A DNA stretch of 55,976 nucleotides from Candidatus Azambacteria bacterium (lineage in GTDB: Bacteria; Patescibacteriota; Minisyncoccia; GWC2-36-17; WO2-46-25). Position numbers and translations under genes: made by a program. Positions 47,683-55,843 of the stretch are shown here, piece after piece; the stretch's first letter is position 1; each line of letters begins with the position of its first letter. Below the pieces are notes generated by a model. That model worked only from the letters and a program-made list of their open reading frames with translations, was not told where the DNA came from and did no database searches. Location of the stretch: positions 1 to 55,976 of the forward strand of contig JACRAK010000029.1 of the NCBI GenBank assembly GCA_016234725.1, read 5' to 3'.

Positions 47683-47687
47683 ATTAT

Positions 47688-47732
47688 GTTCCCTGTTTGT
47701 CCAAGAGCGAAGCGATTGGCTCACAAACAGCA
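47688..47732. repeat. Truncated family B copy (reverse) at the rplC-rplD junction
   Basis: Reverse complement tgctgtttgtgagccaatcgcttcgctcttggacaaacagggaac matches 14966-15009. Confidence 0.8.
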
Positions 47733-47747
47733 ATGTTGAATTTTAAT

Positions 47748-48350
47748 TCAGCCTTTGATCTCAAGCAGTGTTCCGCGTCTTCCCGGGACCGCGCCCGCGA
47801 CTGCCAATATATTATGTTCTTTGTCGATCTTCGCCACCGTCAAGCCGGTCACGGTCTTGCGCACGCCGCCCATCCTTCCCGCCATGCGCGTTCCTTTGAG
47901 CACGCGCTGCGGCCATGTCGCGCCGATAGAGCCCGGTTCGCGCTCGCTGTGTTTTTGCCCGTGCGACGCTCTGCCGCCGCCAAAGTGATGGCGTTTCACC
48001 ACGCCTTGAAATCCTTTTGCTTTGCTCGTGCCGGAAACCTTTATCGCGTCGCCTTCAGCAAACAGGGACACGTCGATCGCGTCGCCTACTTTCTTGTCCG
48101 CCGCGCCTTTGGTGCGATATTCTTTCAATACGGCAAATGCGCCCAGGTCGCGCACATGGCCTTTTTCCGGTTTGTTTGCTTTATTCTTTGCGCCAAACCC
48201 CAGCTGTACCGCATCATAGCCGTCGCATTCTTTCGTGCGCACCTGCGTCACCGTGCATGGCTGTACGTCAATGAGCGTCACTGCAATAGCGGCGCCTTTT
48301 TCGTCGAATATCTGTGTCATGCCGATTTTACTCCCTAACAAGAACTTCAT
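47748..48350 (-). CDS. rplC: 50S ribosomal protein L3
   Basis: KIGMTQ; KGFQGVVKRH; MAGRMG. Confidence 0.97.
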   Translation of the reverse strand: MKFLLGSKIGMTQIFDEKGAAIAVTLIDVQPCTVTQVRTKECDGYDAVQLGFGAKNKANKPEKGHVRDLGAFAVLKEYRTKGAADKKVGDAIDVSLFAEGDAIKVSGTSKAKGFQGVVKRHHFGGGRASHGQKHSEREPGSIGATWPQRVLKGTRMAGRMGGVRKTVTGLTVAKIDKEHNILAVAGAVPGRRGTLLEIKG

Positions 48351-48496
48351 ATTTTTTTCGCAAAAAATGGGCTGTTAGCCCATTATAGAGAAGGCACAGG
48401 TTCGATGCTTCGCATCAATTGTAATGACAAATGCTTCTCATTTACATTACACATCGTTCCGCGACACCACAAGGGTGGCGCGGAAGCATGTGTAAT

Positions 48497-48823
48497 CTAA
48501 ACCATCTTTATCTCGATGTCTACCCCCGCGGGCAGATTCAAATTAGTAAGGGCATCGATGGTTTTCGGGGTCGGCTCGCCGATATCGATCAGCCGCTTGT
48601 GCACCCGCATCTCGAAATGCTCGCCTGAACTTTTGTGCACGAACGTCGAACGATTCACCGCGTACTTTTTGATCTCGGTCGGCAATGGGATCGGCCCAAA
48701 CACCGAAACGCCCTGCCGTTCAGCCGCCTCCACGATCTGGCGCGCGCTGTTATCGATGATCTTATTATCATACGCTTTGATCTTTATCCTCAGTTTTTGT
48801 GTGGCTCCTTCTTTTACTGCCAT
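48497..48823 (-). CDS. rpsJ: 30S ribosomal protein S10
   Basis: RIKIKAYD; GPIPLPT; HKRLIDI. Confidence 0.97.
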   Translation of the reverse strand: MAVKEGATQKLRIKIKAYDNKIIDNSARQIVEAAERQGVSVFGPIPLPTEIKKYAVNRSTFVHKSSGEHFEMRVHKRLIDIGEPTPKTIDALTNLNLPAGVDIEIKMV

Positions 48824-48825
48824 AT

Positions 48826-48925
48826 CTTGAATCTTAAATCCTGAATCGTGAAGCTTGAATCTTGAGTTTCGGGTTTTATGTTGCGAGTTTCAAGTTTCAA
48901 GTTGTGTGTTCCAAGCTTCATGTGT
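48826..48925. repeat. Inverted heptamer arrays at the tuf-rpsJ junction
   Basis: cttgaat cttaaat cctgaat cgtgaag cttgaat ... gtttcgg gttttat gttgcga gtttcaa gtttcaa. Confidence 0.82.
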
Positions 48926-48926
48926 G

Positions 48927-50120
48927 CTACGCGATGATCTGAGTCACCACGCCCGCACCGACCGTTTTACCGCCTTCGCGGATCGCAAACCGCTGCTTTT
49001 CTTCAAGCGCGATCGGCGCAATTAATTTAACCTTGATCTTCACGGTATCGCCCGGCATGACCATTTCAGCGCCCTCCGGCAACGTGACATCTCCCGTCAC
49101 ATCCGTGGTCCTGATATAGAATTGCGGCTTATACCCTTTGAAGAACGGCGTGTGCCTTCCTCCTTCTTCTTTCGTAAGCACATACACCTCCGCTTCAAAT
49201 TCGGTGTGCGGCGTGACCGAGCCCGGCTTCACGATGACCTGGCCGCGCTCCACGTCTTCTTTCTTGATACCGCGGAGCAGCACGCCCGCGTTATCACCCG
49301 CCATCGCTTCATCAAGCGACTTGTTGAACATTTCAATGCCGGTGATCACCGTCTTGGTGCTCGGGCGCAAACCGACGACTTCCACTTCATCGTTCACTTT
49401 CCCTCTCCCGCGCTCTACTCTCCCCGTCACCACCGTACCGCGGCCTTCAATGGAGAAGATGTCTTCGATCGGCATCAAGAACGGCTTGTCGAGGTCGCGG
49501 ACCGGTTCCGGGATGTATTCATCCATGGTCTCAACGAGCTGAAGCACTTTCTTCGCCCATTCGTCATCCTTTGAGGTCGCCTGAAGCGCCTTAAGGCCTG
49601 AACCGCGGATGATCGGCGTGTTTGCGCCGTCGTATTTGTATTTCGTCAAAAGCTCCCGGATCTCCTCCTCAACGAGGTCAACCAGTTCAGGATCGTCCGC
49701 CATATCAACTTTGTTGAGGAATACGATCAATCGCGGCACGCCTACCTGATGCGCAAGCAAGATGTGCTCGCGGGTCTGAGGCATCGGACCGTCTGATGCC
49801 GCCACTACCAGCACCGCGCCATCCATCTGTGCGGCACCGGTGATCATGTTCTTGATATAATCGGCGTGCCCCGGAGCATCGATATGCGCATAGTGCCGCT
49901 TTGCCGATTCATACTCTGAATGATGCAATGCGATCGTGATCCCGCGCGCCTTTTCTTCGGGCGCCGAATCGATCTGATCAATAGACTCCACTTTCGCCTT
50001 GAACCCCGCGAGGTTGAGGCAATGGAGGATCGCCGCTGTCAACGTGGTCTTCCCGTGGTCGACATGACCAATGGTACCTACGTTCACATGCGGCTTTGTG
50101 CGTTCAAATTTCTCTGCCAT
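48927..50120 (-). CDS. tuf: Elongation factor Tu
   Basis: GHVDHGKTT; [13 protein letters not shown]; NKVD. Confidence 0.98.
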   Translation of the reverse strand: MAEKFERTKPHVNVGTIGHVDHGKTTLTAAILHCLNLAGFKAKVESIDQIDSAPEEKARGITIALHHSEYESAKRHYAHIDAPGHADYIKNMITGAAQMDGAVLVVAASDGPMPQTREHILLAHQVGVPRLIVFLNKVDMADDPELVDLVEEEIRELLTKYKYDGANTPIIRGSGLKALQATSKDDEWAKKVLQLVETMDEYIPEPVRDLDKPFLMPIEDIFSIEGRGTVVTGRVERGRGKVNDEVEVVGLRPSTKTVITGIEMFNKSLDEAMAGDNAGVLLRGIKKEDVERGQVIVKPGSVTPHTEFEAEVYVLTKEEGGRHTPFFKGYKPQFYIRTTDVTGDVTLPEGAEMVMPGDTVKIKVKLIAPIALEEKQRFAIREGGKTVGAGVVTQIIA

Positions 50121-50174
50121 AGGTTATTTAATTAATAAGTTATAATAATAAATACGAATACAAAAAGCCCTAAG

Positions 50175-50354
50175 GGGACTGTTACCGAATACCATTTCTA
50201 CTGCAATCCTTATATTTCGGCTGCGATTTTGTGAAAATTTCTCACTATATACGCCGTATATGCCTCAAAATTTTCACTTCATCTCGCCTGCCTACCGGTA
50301 GGCAGGCTCGAAATATGAAGATTTCGCTACGAAAGCGTATTCGGTAACAGTCCC
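50175..50354. mobile_element. MITE-like element in the tuf leader with a nested 22-nt palindrome
   Basis: Perfect 18-bp TIR gggactgttaccgaatac / gtattcggtaacagtccc; gcctgcctaccggtaggcaggc at 50286-50307. Confidence 0.8.
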
Positions 50355-50371
50355 TAAAAACGAATAGAGGC

Positions 50372-50400
50372 ATTGTAAGGAAAGATACTGGTTTCGTCAA
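50372..50400 (-). promoter_or_regulatory. Putative tuf promoter
   Basis: TTGACG-17 nt-TACAAT. Confidence 0.6.
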
Positions 50401-50511
50401 CCCCGTTAGAAGTTTAGCGATTGGCTTTCGGTCAATACAGCATGAGCCGCAAAGGCGGCTTCGCCTTATTGCCAACGTGATAAAATGACTTTTGATGAAC
50501 TTCTAACGGGG
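50401..50511. repeat. Family D element, copy 2
   Basis: ccccgttagaagtt / aacttctaacgggg; core gagccgcaaaggcggcttcgccttattg; gtcaacccc direct repeat. Confidence 0.82.
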
Positions 50512-50521
50512 TCAACCCCCC

Positions 50522-50881
50522 TTAAAACGGTAAATCCTCTAAATGAATGCCATTTCCCCGACTATTTACCGTAAGAGACCTTTCCTCCTCTTGTTCGCGG
50601 TCAAGCGAGTTCAGCAATGCCTTGATCTCCGCCTCCTCCGTGCCTGAAATATCCTGCGGCACCGCCCCTGTATCGTAATCGATCAGCTTCTGAATGATGC
50701 TTGCATCGTCCAGCTGCTGCTGGCGCGGATCCGCCCACATGCGCACGCCTTCGATCTTCTTTGCTTTCACGCTTTCCTGATACTCCTGAAACGGCACCAC
50801 CACATACGCGGGCTTGCCGTTTTCCATCACCACAACGCCTTTGGTGATCGATTGTAATATTTTGGAGATGTCGTCGAACAT
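50522..50881 (-). CDS. Hypothetical protein with a Phd/YefM-like N-terminal fold
   Basis: KGVVVMENGKPAYVVVPFQEYQ resembles the Phd/YefM beta-hairpin; acidic tail ending EDLPF. Confidence 0.65.
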   Translation of the reverse strand: MFDDISKILQSITKGVVVMENGKPAYVVVPFQEYQESVKAKKIEGVRMWADPRQQQLDDASIIQKLIDYDTGAVPQDISGTEEAEIKALLNSLDREQEEERSLTVNSRGNGIHLEDLPF

Positions 50882-50961
50882 AAATCTTGGATCATGAATC
50901 TTGGATCGTGAAACCTGCGTTTCACATTTCCTGTTTCATGTTTCATGTTTTAAGTTTCAAG
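50882..50961. repeat. Inverted heptamer arrays after fusA
   Basis: aaatcttggatcatgaatcttggatcgtgaaac ... gtttcacatttcctgtttcatgtttcatgttttaagtttcaag. Confidence 0.82.
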
Positions 50962-50962
50962 G

Positions 50963-53068
50963 TTACTTTATCTTCCCCGCAATGATGTCTTCGGCAATAT
51001 TTTTCGGCACCTCGTCATAATGGGAGAATTCCATCGAGAATGAAGCGCGCCCTTCCGTCATGGAGCGGATCTGCGTGGAATAGCCGAACATCTTCGCGAG
51101 AGGCACCTTTGCGGTGATGACCTTGATATTGCCCCGGTCATCGATGCTTTCGATCTTGCCGCGTTTTGAGTTCAGGTCGCCGGTCACATCGCCCATGAAT
51201 TGCGGGGGGGTGATCGCCACCACCTTCATGACCGGTTCCAGGATCACGGGGTCTGCGCGCCGCACGCATTCCTGGAATGCCATGGAGCCCGCGATCTTGA
51301 ACGCCGCCTCGGACGAGTCGACTTCATGGTATGAACCGTCATAAATGATCGCCTTCACGTCCTTGATCGGATATCCGGCAACCACACCTTTATCAAGCGC
51401 CTCTTTCACGCCTTTTTCAACTGCCGGTATGTATTCTTGCGGCACGACGCCGCCTTTCAATTCGCTTTCGAATTCAAACCCTGCGCCGCGTTCACGCGGC
51501 TCTACACGCAAGCGCACATGGCCATACTGGCCGCGACCGCCGCTTTGCTTGATATACTTTCCTTCCGCTTCCGCGGTCTTCCTGATGGTCTCCCGATACG
51601 CCACCTGCGGCGTACCCACGTTCGCGCTCACGCCGAACTCGCGGAACATGCGGTCAACGATGATCTCCAAATGAAGCTCGCCCATACCTGAAATAATGGT
51701 TTCTGCCGTTTCCTGGTCAACCCGGATGCGGAACGTCGGATCCTCTTCTCCAAGCCGGCGAAGCGCAAGACCCATTTTTTCCTGATCCACTTTTGTTTTC
51801 GGTTCGATGCGGATCGAAATGACCGGTTCAGGGAATGTGATGCGTTCTAAAATGATCGGTTTATCCTCGTCGCACAGCGTGTCGCCGGTGGTGGTGGTCT
51901 TTAACCCGACCGCGGCGGCGATCTCGCCCGCAAAGATCTGGTCTACTTCTTCCCGCTGATTTGCGTGCAAGCGAAGAATGCGGCTGATGCGCTCTTTCTC
52001 TCCTTTCGTGGAATTGTATACATATGACCCTTTCGTCAGCGTTCCGGAATAAATACGGAAGAATGCAAGCGAGCCGACGAACGGATCGGTCGCGATCTTG
52101 AACGCAAGCGCTGAGAACGGTTCCGCGTCGTTCGGACTTCGCACGATCTCTGCATCGGTATTTGGGTCGATGCCGGTCACCGCGCCGCGATCAAGCGGCG
52201 ACGGAAGATAATCAATGACGGCGTCGAGCACCAACTGCACTCCTTTGTTCTTAAGCGCCGTACCGCACAATATGGGGTTAATGGTTCCTGCGATCGTCAG
52301 CCGTCTGATCACCGCCTTGATATCGGCGACCGGAAGCGCCTCTCCCGCAAGATATTTTTCCATCATCGCATCGTCTTCGGACGCGATGGCGTCGATCATT
52401 TCTTCCCGGTATTTTGCCGCCCGTTCTTTTTCCGTATCGGGGATCTCTTTACTATCGAGGATCTCGCCGTGGCCTCCCGAGAACGTAATGAATTTTTCCG
52501 TGATCAGATCGATCACGCCTTCGAATTTCTCTTCTTCACCGACGGGGATCTGGATAGGCACCGCTTTGGGGTTCAGCCGCTCCCGAATGGACGCAACGTC
52601 TTTTTCCCACCGCGCGCCGGTACGATCGAGCTTATTGATAAAACAAACACGCGGCACTTTATATTTGTCCGCCTGATGCCATACCGTTTCCGATTGCGGC
52701 TCCACGCCCGCTACGCCGTCAAACACCACGACGCCGCCATCGAGTACGCGGAGCGAGCGCTCCACTTCAACGGTGAAATCCACGTGTCCCGGCGTATCGA
52801 TCAAATTGATGCGATGTTCAAACGCCTTATTTCCCTTTTGGTAGGTCGGGATCCAAAAACAGGTGGTCGCGGCGGCGGTGATCGTAATACCGCGTTCGCG
52901 TTCCTGTTCCATCCAATCCATGACCGCCGCGCCTTCATGTACTTCGCCGATCTTATGCGACACGCCCGTATAAAAAAGAACGCGCTCAGACACGGTGGTC
53001 TTGCCCGCATCAATGTGCGCGATAATGCCGATATCTCGTACTTTCTCTAACGGGTATGCTCGTGTCAT
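50963..53068 (-). CDS. fusA: Elongation factor G
   Basis: AHIDAGKTT; DTPGHVDF; GMGELHL; QSGGRGQYG. Confidence 0.98.
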   Translation of the reverse strand: MTRAYPLEKVRDIGIIAHIDAGKTTVSERVLFYTGVSHKIGEVHEGAAVMDWMEQERERGITITAAATTCFWIPTYQKGNKAFEHRINLIDTPGHVDFTVEVERSLRVLDGGVVVFDGVAGVEPQSETVWHQADKYKVPRVCFINKLDRTGARWEKDVASIRERLNPKAVPIQIPVGEEEKFEGVIDLITEKFITFSGGHGEILDSKEIPDTEKERAAKYREEMIDAIASEDDAMMEKYLAGEALPVADIKAVIRRLTIAGTINPILCGTALKNKGVQLVLDAVIDYLPSPLDRGAVTGIDPNTDAEIVRSPNDAEPFSALAFKIATDPFVGSLAFFRIYSGTLTKGSYVYNSTKGEKERISRILRLHANQREEVDQIFAGEIAAAVGLKTTTTGDTLCDEDKPIILERITFPEPVISIRIEPKTKVDQEKMGLALRRLGEEDPTFRIRVDQETAETIISGMGELHLEIIVDRMFREFGVSANVGTPQVAYRETIRKTAEAEGKYIKQSGGRGQYGHVRLRVEPRERGAGFEFESELKGGVVPQEYIPAVEKGVKEALDKGVVAGYPIKDVKAIIYDGSYHEVDSSEAAFKIAGSMAFQECVRRADPVILEPVMKVVAITPPQFMGDVTGDLNSKRGKIESIDDRGNIKVITAKVPLAKMFGYSTQIRSMTEGRASFSMEFSHYDEVPKNIAEDIIAGKIK

Positions 53069-53154
53069 AAATATCGTATAACCTGTAACTTAAATCTTGA
53101 AACGTAGGAACAGGAACCCGTGATTCACGTTTCAAGTTACACGCTTCATGCTTT
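53069..53154. repeat. Inverted heptamer arrays at the rpsG-fusA junction
   Basis: taacctg taactta aatcttg aaacgta ... attcacg tttcaag ttacacg cttcatg. Confidence 0.8.
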
Positions 53155-53622
53155 CTACCAGCTGAAATGCGCAAATGCCTTATTTGCCTCTGCCATTCTG
53201 TGAGTATCCATCTTCTTCTTCACTGCGGCGCCTTCGTTCTTTGCGGCAAGCAGGATCTCTTCCGCAAGTTTATCCGCCATCGGCTTCCCCTTTTTTGCAT
53301 GCGCGGCGGTAATGAGCCAGCGGAATGCAAGTGCAAGCCGGCGCTCCCCCCGCACCTCGCGAGGAACCTGATAGTTCGCACCGCCGATCCTTTTTGACTT
53401 GAGCTCAACGAGCGGCGAGATATTGCGGATCGCCGCATCAAAAAGCTCCATGGGGTCTTTTTTTGATGTTTCCTTCACGTTTTCAAGCGCACCATAGACA
53501 ACGCGTTCCGCGGTCGTCTTCTTGCCACCGATCATCACGATGTTGATAAGCTTTGCCACCACCGGATTGTTATACAGATGATCCGGCTCTATTTCCCTTT
53601 TGTATTTTTGCTTTTTCCTCAT
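53155..53622 (-). CDS. rpsG: 30S ribosomal protein S7
   Basis: RIGGANYQVP; HRMAEANKAFAHF. Confidence 0.97.
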   Translation of the reverse strand: MRKKQKYKREIEPDHLYNNPVVAKLINIVMIGGKKTTAERVVYGALENVKETSKKDPMELFDAAIRNISPLVELKSKRIGGANYQVPREVRGERRLALAFRWLITAAHAKKGKPMADKLAEEILLAAKNEGAAVKKKMDTHRMAEANKAFAHFSW

Positions 53623-53640
53623 TTTTTCCTTATTTCCTTA

Positions 53641-53915
53641 TTAGAACCTATCTTAATAATATATTCAGCCGCGATACGTGTCCATTCCGCGTTGGGACAA
53701 GGAGCGACGACGCAGGAGTAGTTTCACTACTTCAAGAAGGAGCGACGCGGTATCCGGCGCGGAATGGCCGTATCCCTTCGGGTTCTGGCGATTTTCATTC
53801 ATCACTTTGTTGCTTCTCGTCATGGTAATATAATTAGCATTTCCTCGTCGCGCCTCGTGCTGAAAGAAAATCGCTCAAGAACGCGGCTAGAATCTATTAT
53901 TAAGATAGGTTCTAA
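53641..53915. mobile_element. MITE-like element between rpsL and rpsG
   Basis: TIR ttagaacctatcttaataatatattc-agccgcg / cgcggctagaatctattattaagataggttctaa; the right end overlaps the rpsL stop. Confidence 0.8.
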
Positions 53916-54328
53916 GCTTTTTTTGCCACCTTCGATCCGTATTTCGATCTCCCTCGTTTCCTATTCTCTACTCCGGAGGTATCGAGCACACCGCGCACTA
54001 CGTGATAACGCACGCCCGGAAGATCCTTCACTCTTCCGCCGCGGATGACCACCACCGAGTGCTCTTGCAAGCTATGTCCTTCGCCGCCGATGTATGCCGT
54101 TACTTCTTGGCCGTTGGTAAGCCGTACTCTCGCAACTTTTCGGAGCGCCGAGTTCGGTTTTTTCGGGGTAATGGTCTTCACGACGGTGCATACTCCCCGC
54201 TTGAACGGCGAGTTATAATCTTTCGGCTTATTCTTGATAACGTTAAAACTCGTCCCCAATGCAGGCGACTTTGATTTGCTTGAAACCTTCTTTCTTCGCT
54301 TTCGCACCAATTGATTTATGGTTGGCAT
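53912..54328 (-). CDS. rpsL: 30S ribosomal protein S12
   Basis: MPTINQLVR; [10 protein letters not shown]; [10 protein letters not shown]. Confidence 0.98.
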   Translation of the reverse strand: MPTINQLVRKRRKKVSSKSKSPALGTSFNVIKNKPKDYNSPFKRGVCTVVKTITPKKPNSALRKVARVRLTNGQEVTAYIGGEGHSLQEHSVVVIRGGRVKDLPGVRYHVVRGVLDTSGVENRKRGRSKYGSKVAKKA

Positions 54329-54379
54329 ATCTCTATATAAAAAAATGCATCGCTTCATGCGATACCTAACGCACTACCA

Positions 54380-54408
54380 AAGATAGCAAATGCCTCGGCA
54401 AAAGTCAA
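54380..54408 (-). promoter_or_regulatory. Putative str operon promoter
   Basis: TTGACT-17 nt-TATCTT with extended TGn. Confidence 0.55.
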
Positions 54409-54518
54409 CCCCGTTTACAATCTTTTAACATGACAACTCATACAGTACGAAAAAGCCGCAAGGCGGCTTCGCCTTATTGTCTCATTAAAAACAGGACAGC
54501 GCCGAGATTGTAACGGGG
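54409..54518. repeat. Family D element, copy 3
   Basis: ccccgtttacaatct / agattgtaacgggg; core agccgcaaggcggcttcgccttattg; 11-bp direct repeat gtcaaccccgt. Confidence 0.82.
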
Positions 54519-54541
54519 TCAACCCCGTCTTAAAAATGAGA

Positions 54542-55156
54542 TCAGAATGAAACGCCAGTAAACAGGCGGAAGAGGACTCTGATAATAGGCATAAGAAATT
54601 GAAATCCGAAGAAAATAAAAAGAAGCAGGATGAGCGTGCCGTTCTGCTCTAAAAATCGTTCTATTGCCGCATGCCGCTCCCCCAATACGGCAAACAGCAG
54701 CTTTGACCCGTCAAGCGGAGGGATCGGCACAAGGTTAAACACTCCAAGGAGCACGTTTATGTATACGATGACCTCAAGCGCCATCGCAAACGCGTCAGGA
54801 AGTGAAACGACGCGCAACACCATACCAAGCACGAGCGCGATGGAAAAATTCGCCAGCGGGCCTGCTGCGGCAATATATGCCACGCCTCGTTTCGGGTCGC
54901 GCAAAAACATCGGATCATACGGCACCGGCTTCGCCCACCCGAACAAGAAGCTTCCCCCGCTCCCGAAGTAGGTCAACAGCGGGAACAAAAAAGAGCCGAA
55001 CACTTCGAGATGCTTCACCGGATTAAGCGTCAGCCGGCCGAGATTTTTCGCGGTAGGGTCGCCTAAGTGATTGGCCATCGCGCCATGCGCCACCTCGTGA
55101 ATTATCGCAGAAAAGATGAGTACGACGATCTGAAAAATGGCAAGCTGAAAATCCAT
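54542..55156 (-). CDS. Site-2 protease (M50 family)
   Basis: HEVAHG (HExxH); AAAGP; FNLVPIPPLDG. Confidence 0.93.
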   Translation of the reverse strand: MDFQLAIFQIVVLIFSAIIHEVAHGAMANHLGDPTAKNLGRLTLNPVKHLEVFGSFLFPLLTYFGSGGSFLFGWAKPVPYDPMFLRDPKRGVAYIAAAGPLANFSIALVLGMVLRVVSLPDAFAMALEVIVYINVLLGVFNLVPIPPLDGSKLLFAVLGERHAAIERFLEQNGTLILLLFIFFGFQFLMPIIRVLFRLFTGVSF

Positions 55157-55218
55157 ATGCCCCCTATCATAGCAGACTCTTGATTATCTTGAAAGAACAT
55201 GCTACCTTAACTTGTACC

Positions 55219-55289
55219 GTGAAACATGAAACTTGAAACTTATTATTTATCGTTTCTATGATTCAAGATTCATGCTTTACGATTCATGA
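55219..55289. repeat. Inverted heptamer arrays upstream of rpmB
   Basis: gtgaaac atgaaac ttgaaac ... gattcaa gattcat gctttac gattcat. Confidence 0.78.
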
Positions 55290-55292
55290 ATT

Positions 55293-55481
55293 ATGCCACG
55301 ATCATGTACTGTGTGCGGAAAGACATCTGCATTGTCCACCGTCATCAGAAAATTAAGAGGGAAATTCAACCCGACCACAAAGAAGCGAAAATACCCAAAC
55401 CTCCAGTGGGCGGTCATTGACAGCGCCCGCGTTCGCGCATGCACGCAATGCATCCGAACCGCGAACAAAGCAAGTAAATAA
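55293..55481 (+). CDS. rpmB: 50S ribosomal protein L28
   Basis: MPRSCTVCGK...KRKYPNLQW...ACTQCIR. Confidence 0.9.
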   Translation: MPRSCTVCGKTSALSTVIRKLRGKFNPTTKKRKYPNLQWAVIDSARVRACTQCIRTANKASK

Positions 55482-55492
55482 CATTCGTTTCA

Positions 55493-55520
55493 AAAACCCC
55501 GCCCTCTGGGCGGGGTTTTT
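55493..55520 (+). terminator. rpmB terminator
   Basis: aaaaccccgccc-tct-gggcggggttttt. Confidence 0.75.
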
Positions 55521-55554
55521 GTTTTTTACGGCTTATACTATAATGAAACACGCA

Positions 55555-55843
55555 CGGGCTGTAGTACCTGCCCGCCATAAGCCTAACACGTGGTCGCCAC
55601 GGTATTCGCCGGAATATATTACTCTGTACTCCTGTGTATTTCTCTGACAGGCGATTGGCAGGCGGGCAATGGCAGTACGCATGCACTTGCCCGCCCAAGT
55701 TTTTCATCGGGCCATCGTATAGTGGTAGTACGCAAGGCTGGGGGTCTTGTAGTCTGGGTTCGATTCCCAGTGGCCCGAAAGATAAAAACTTAGGCGGGTG
55801 AAGGGTGCATGTAGTCCGAGTTCGATTCTCGGCATCCCGACCA
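55555..55843 (+). tRNA. Outer tRNA-Pro (probably UGG) interrupted by two palindromic insertions; function uncertain
   Basis: Exons CGGGCTGTAGTA | CAATGGCAGTACGCATGCACTTG | GGGTGCATGTAGTCCGAGTTCGATTCTCGGCATCCCGACCA; C1-G72 and A73 Pro identity, encoded CCA; inserts at 55567-55666 and about 55690-55802. Confidence 0.75.
55708..55778 (+). tRNA. Inner tRNA-Pro(GGG), intact, nested in the anticodon-loop insertion of the outer tRNA
   Basis: CGGGCCA...TGGCCCG-A; anticodon arm CAAGG-CTGGGGG-TCTTG; T-arm CTGGG-TTCGATT-CCCAG. Confidence 0.93.

Noticed and set aside
46888-47733. Extended L4 start at 47733 (MLFVSQSLRSWTNREHN)
   Set aside because: The extension is a translated family B repeat; METVVY at 47682 is the plausible start.
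48826-48925. Heptamer arrays as a CRISPR array
   Set aside because: Units are 7 nt, degenerate and contiguous with no unique spacers, and no cas genes are in the window.
55567-55802. tRNA-Pro inserts as group I or group II introns
   Set aside because: At about 100-113 nt they are too short, no catalytic core motifs are recognisable, and both are simple IR-bounded hairpins.
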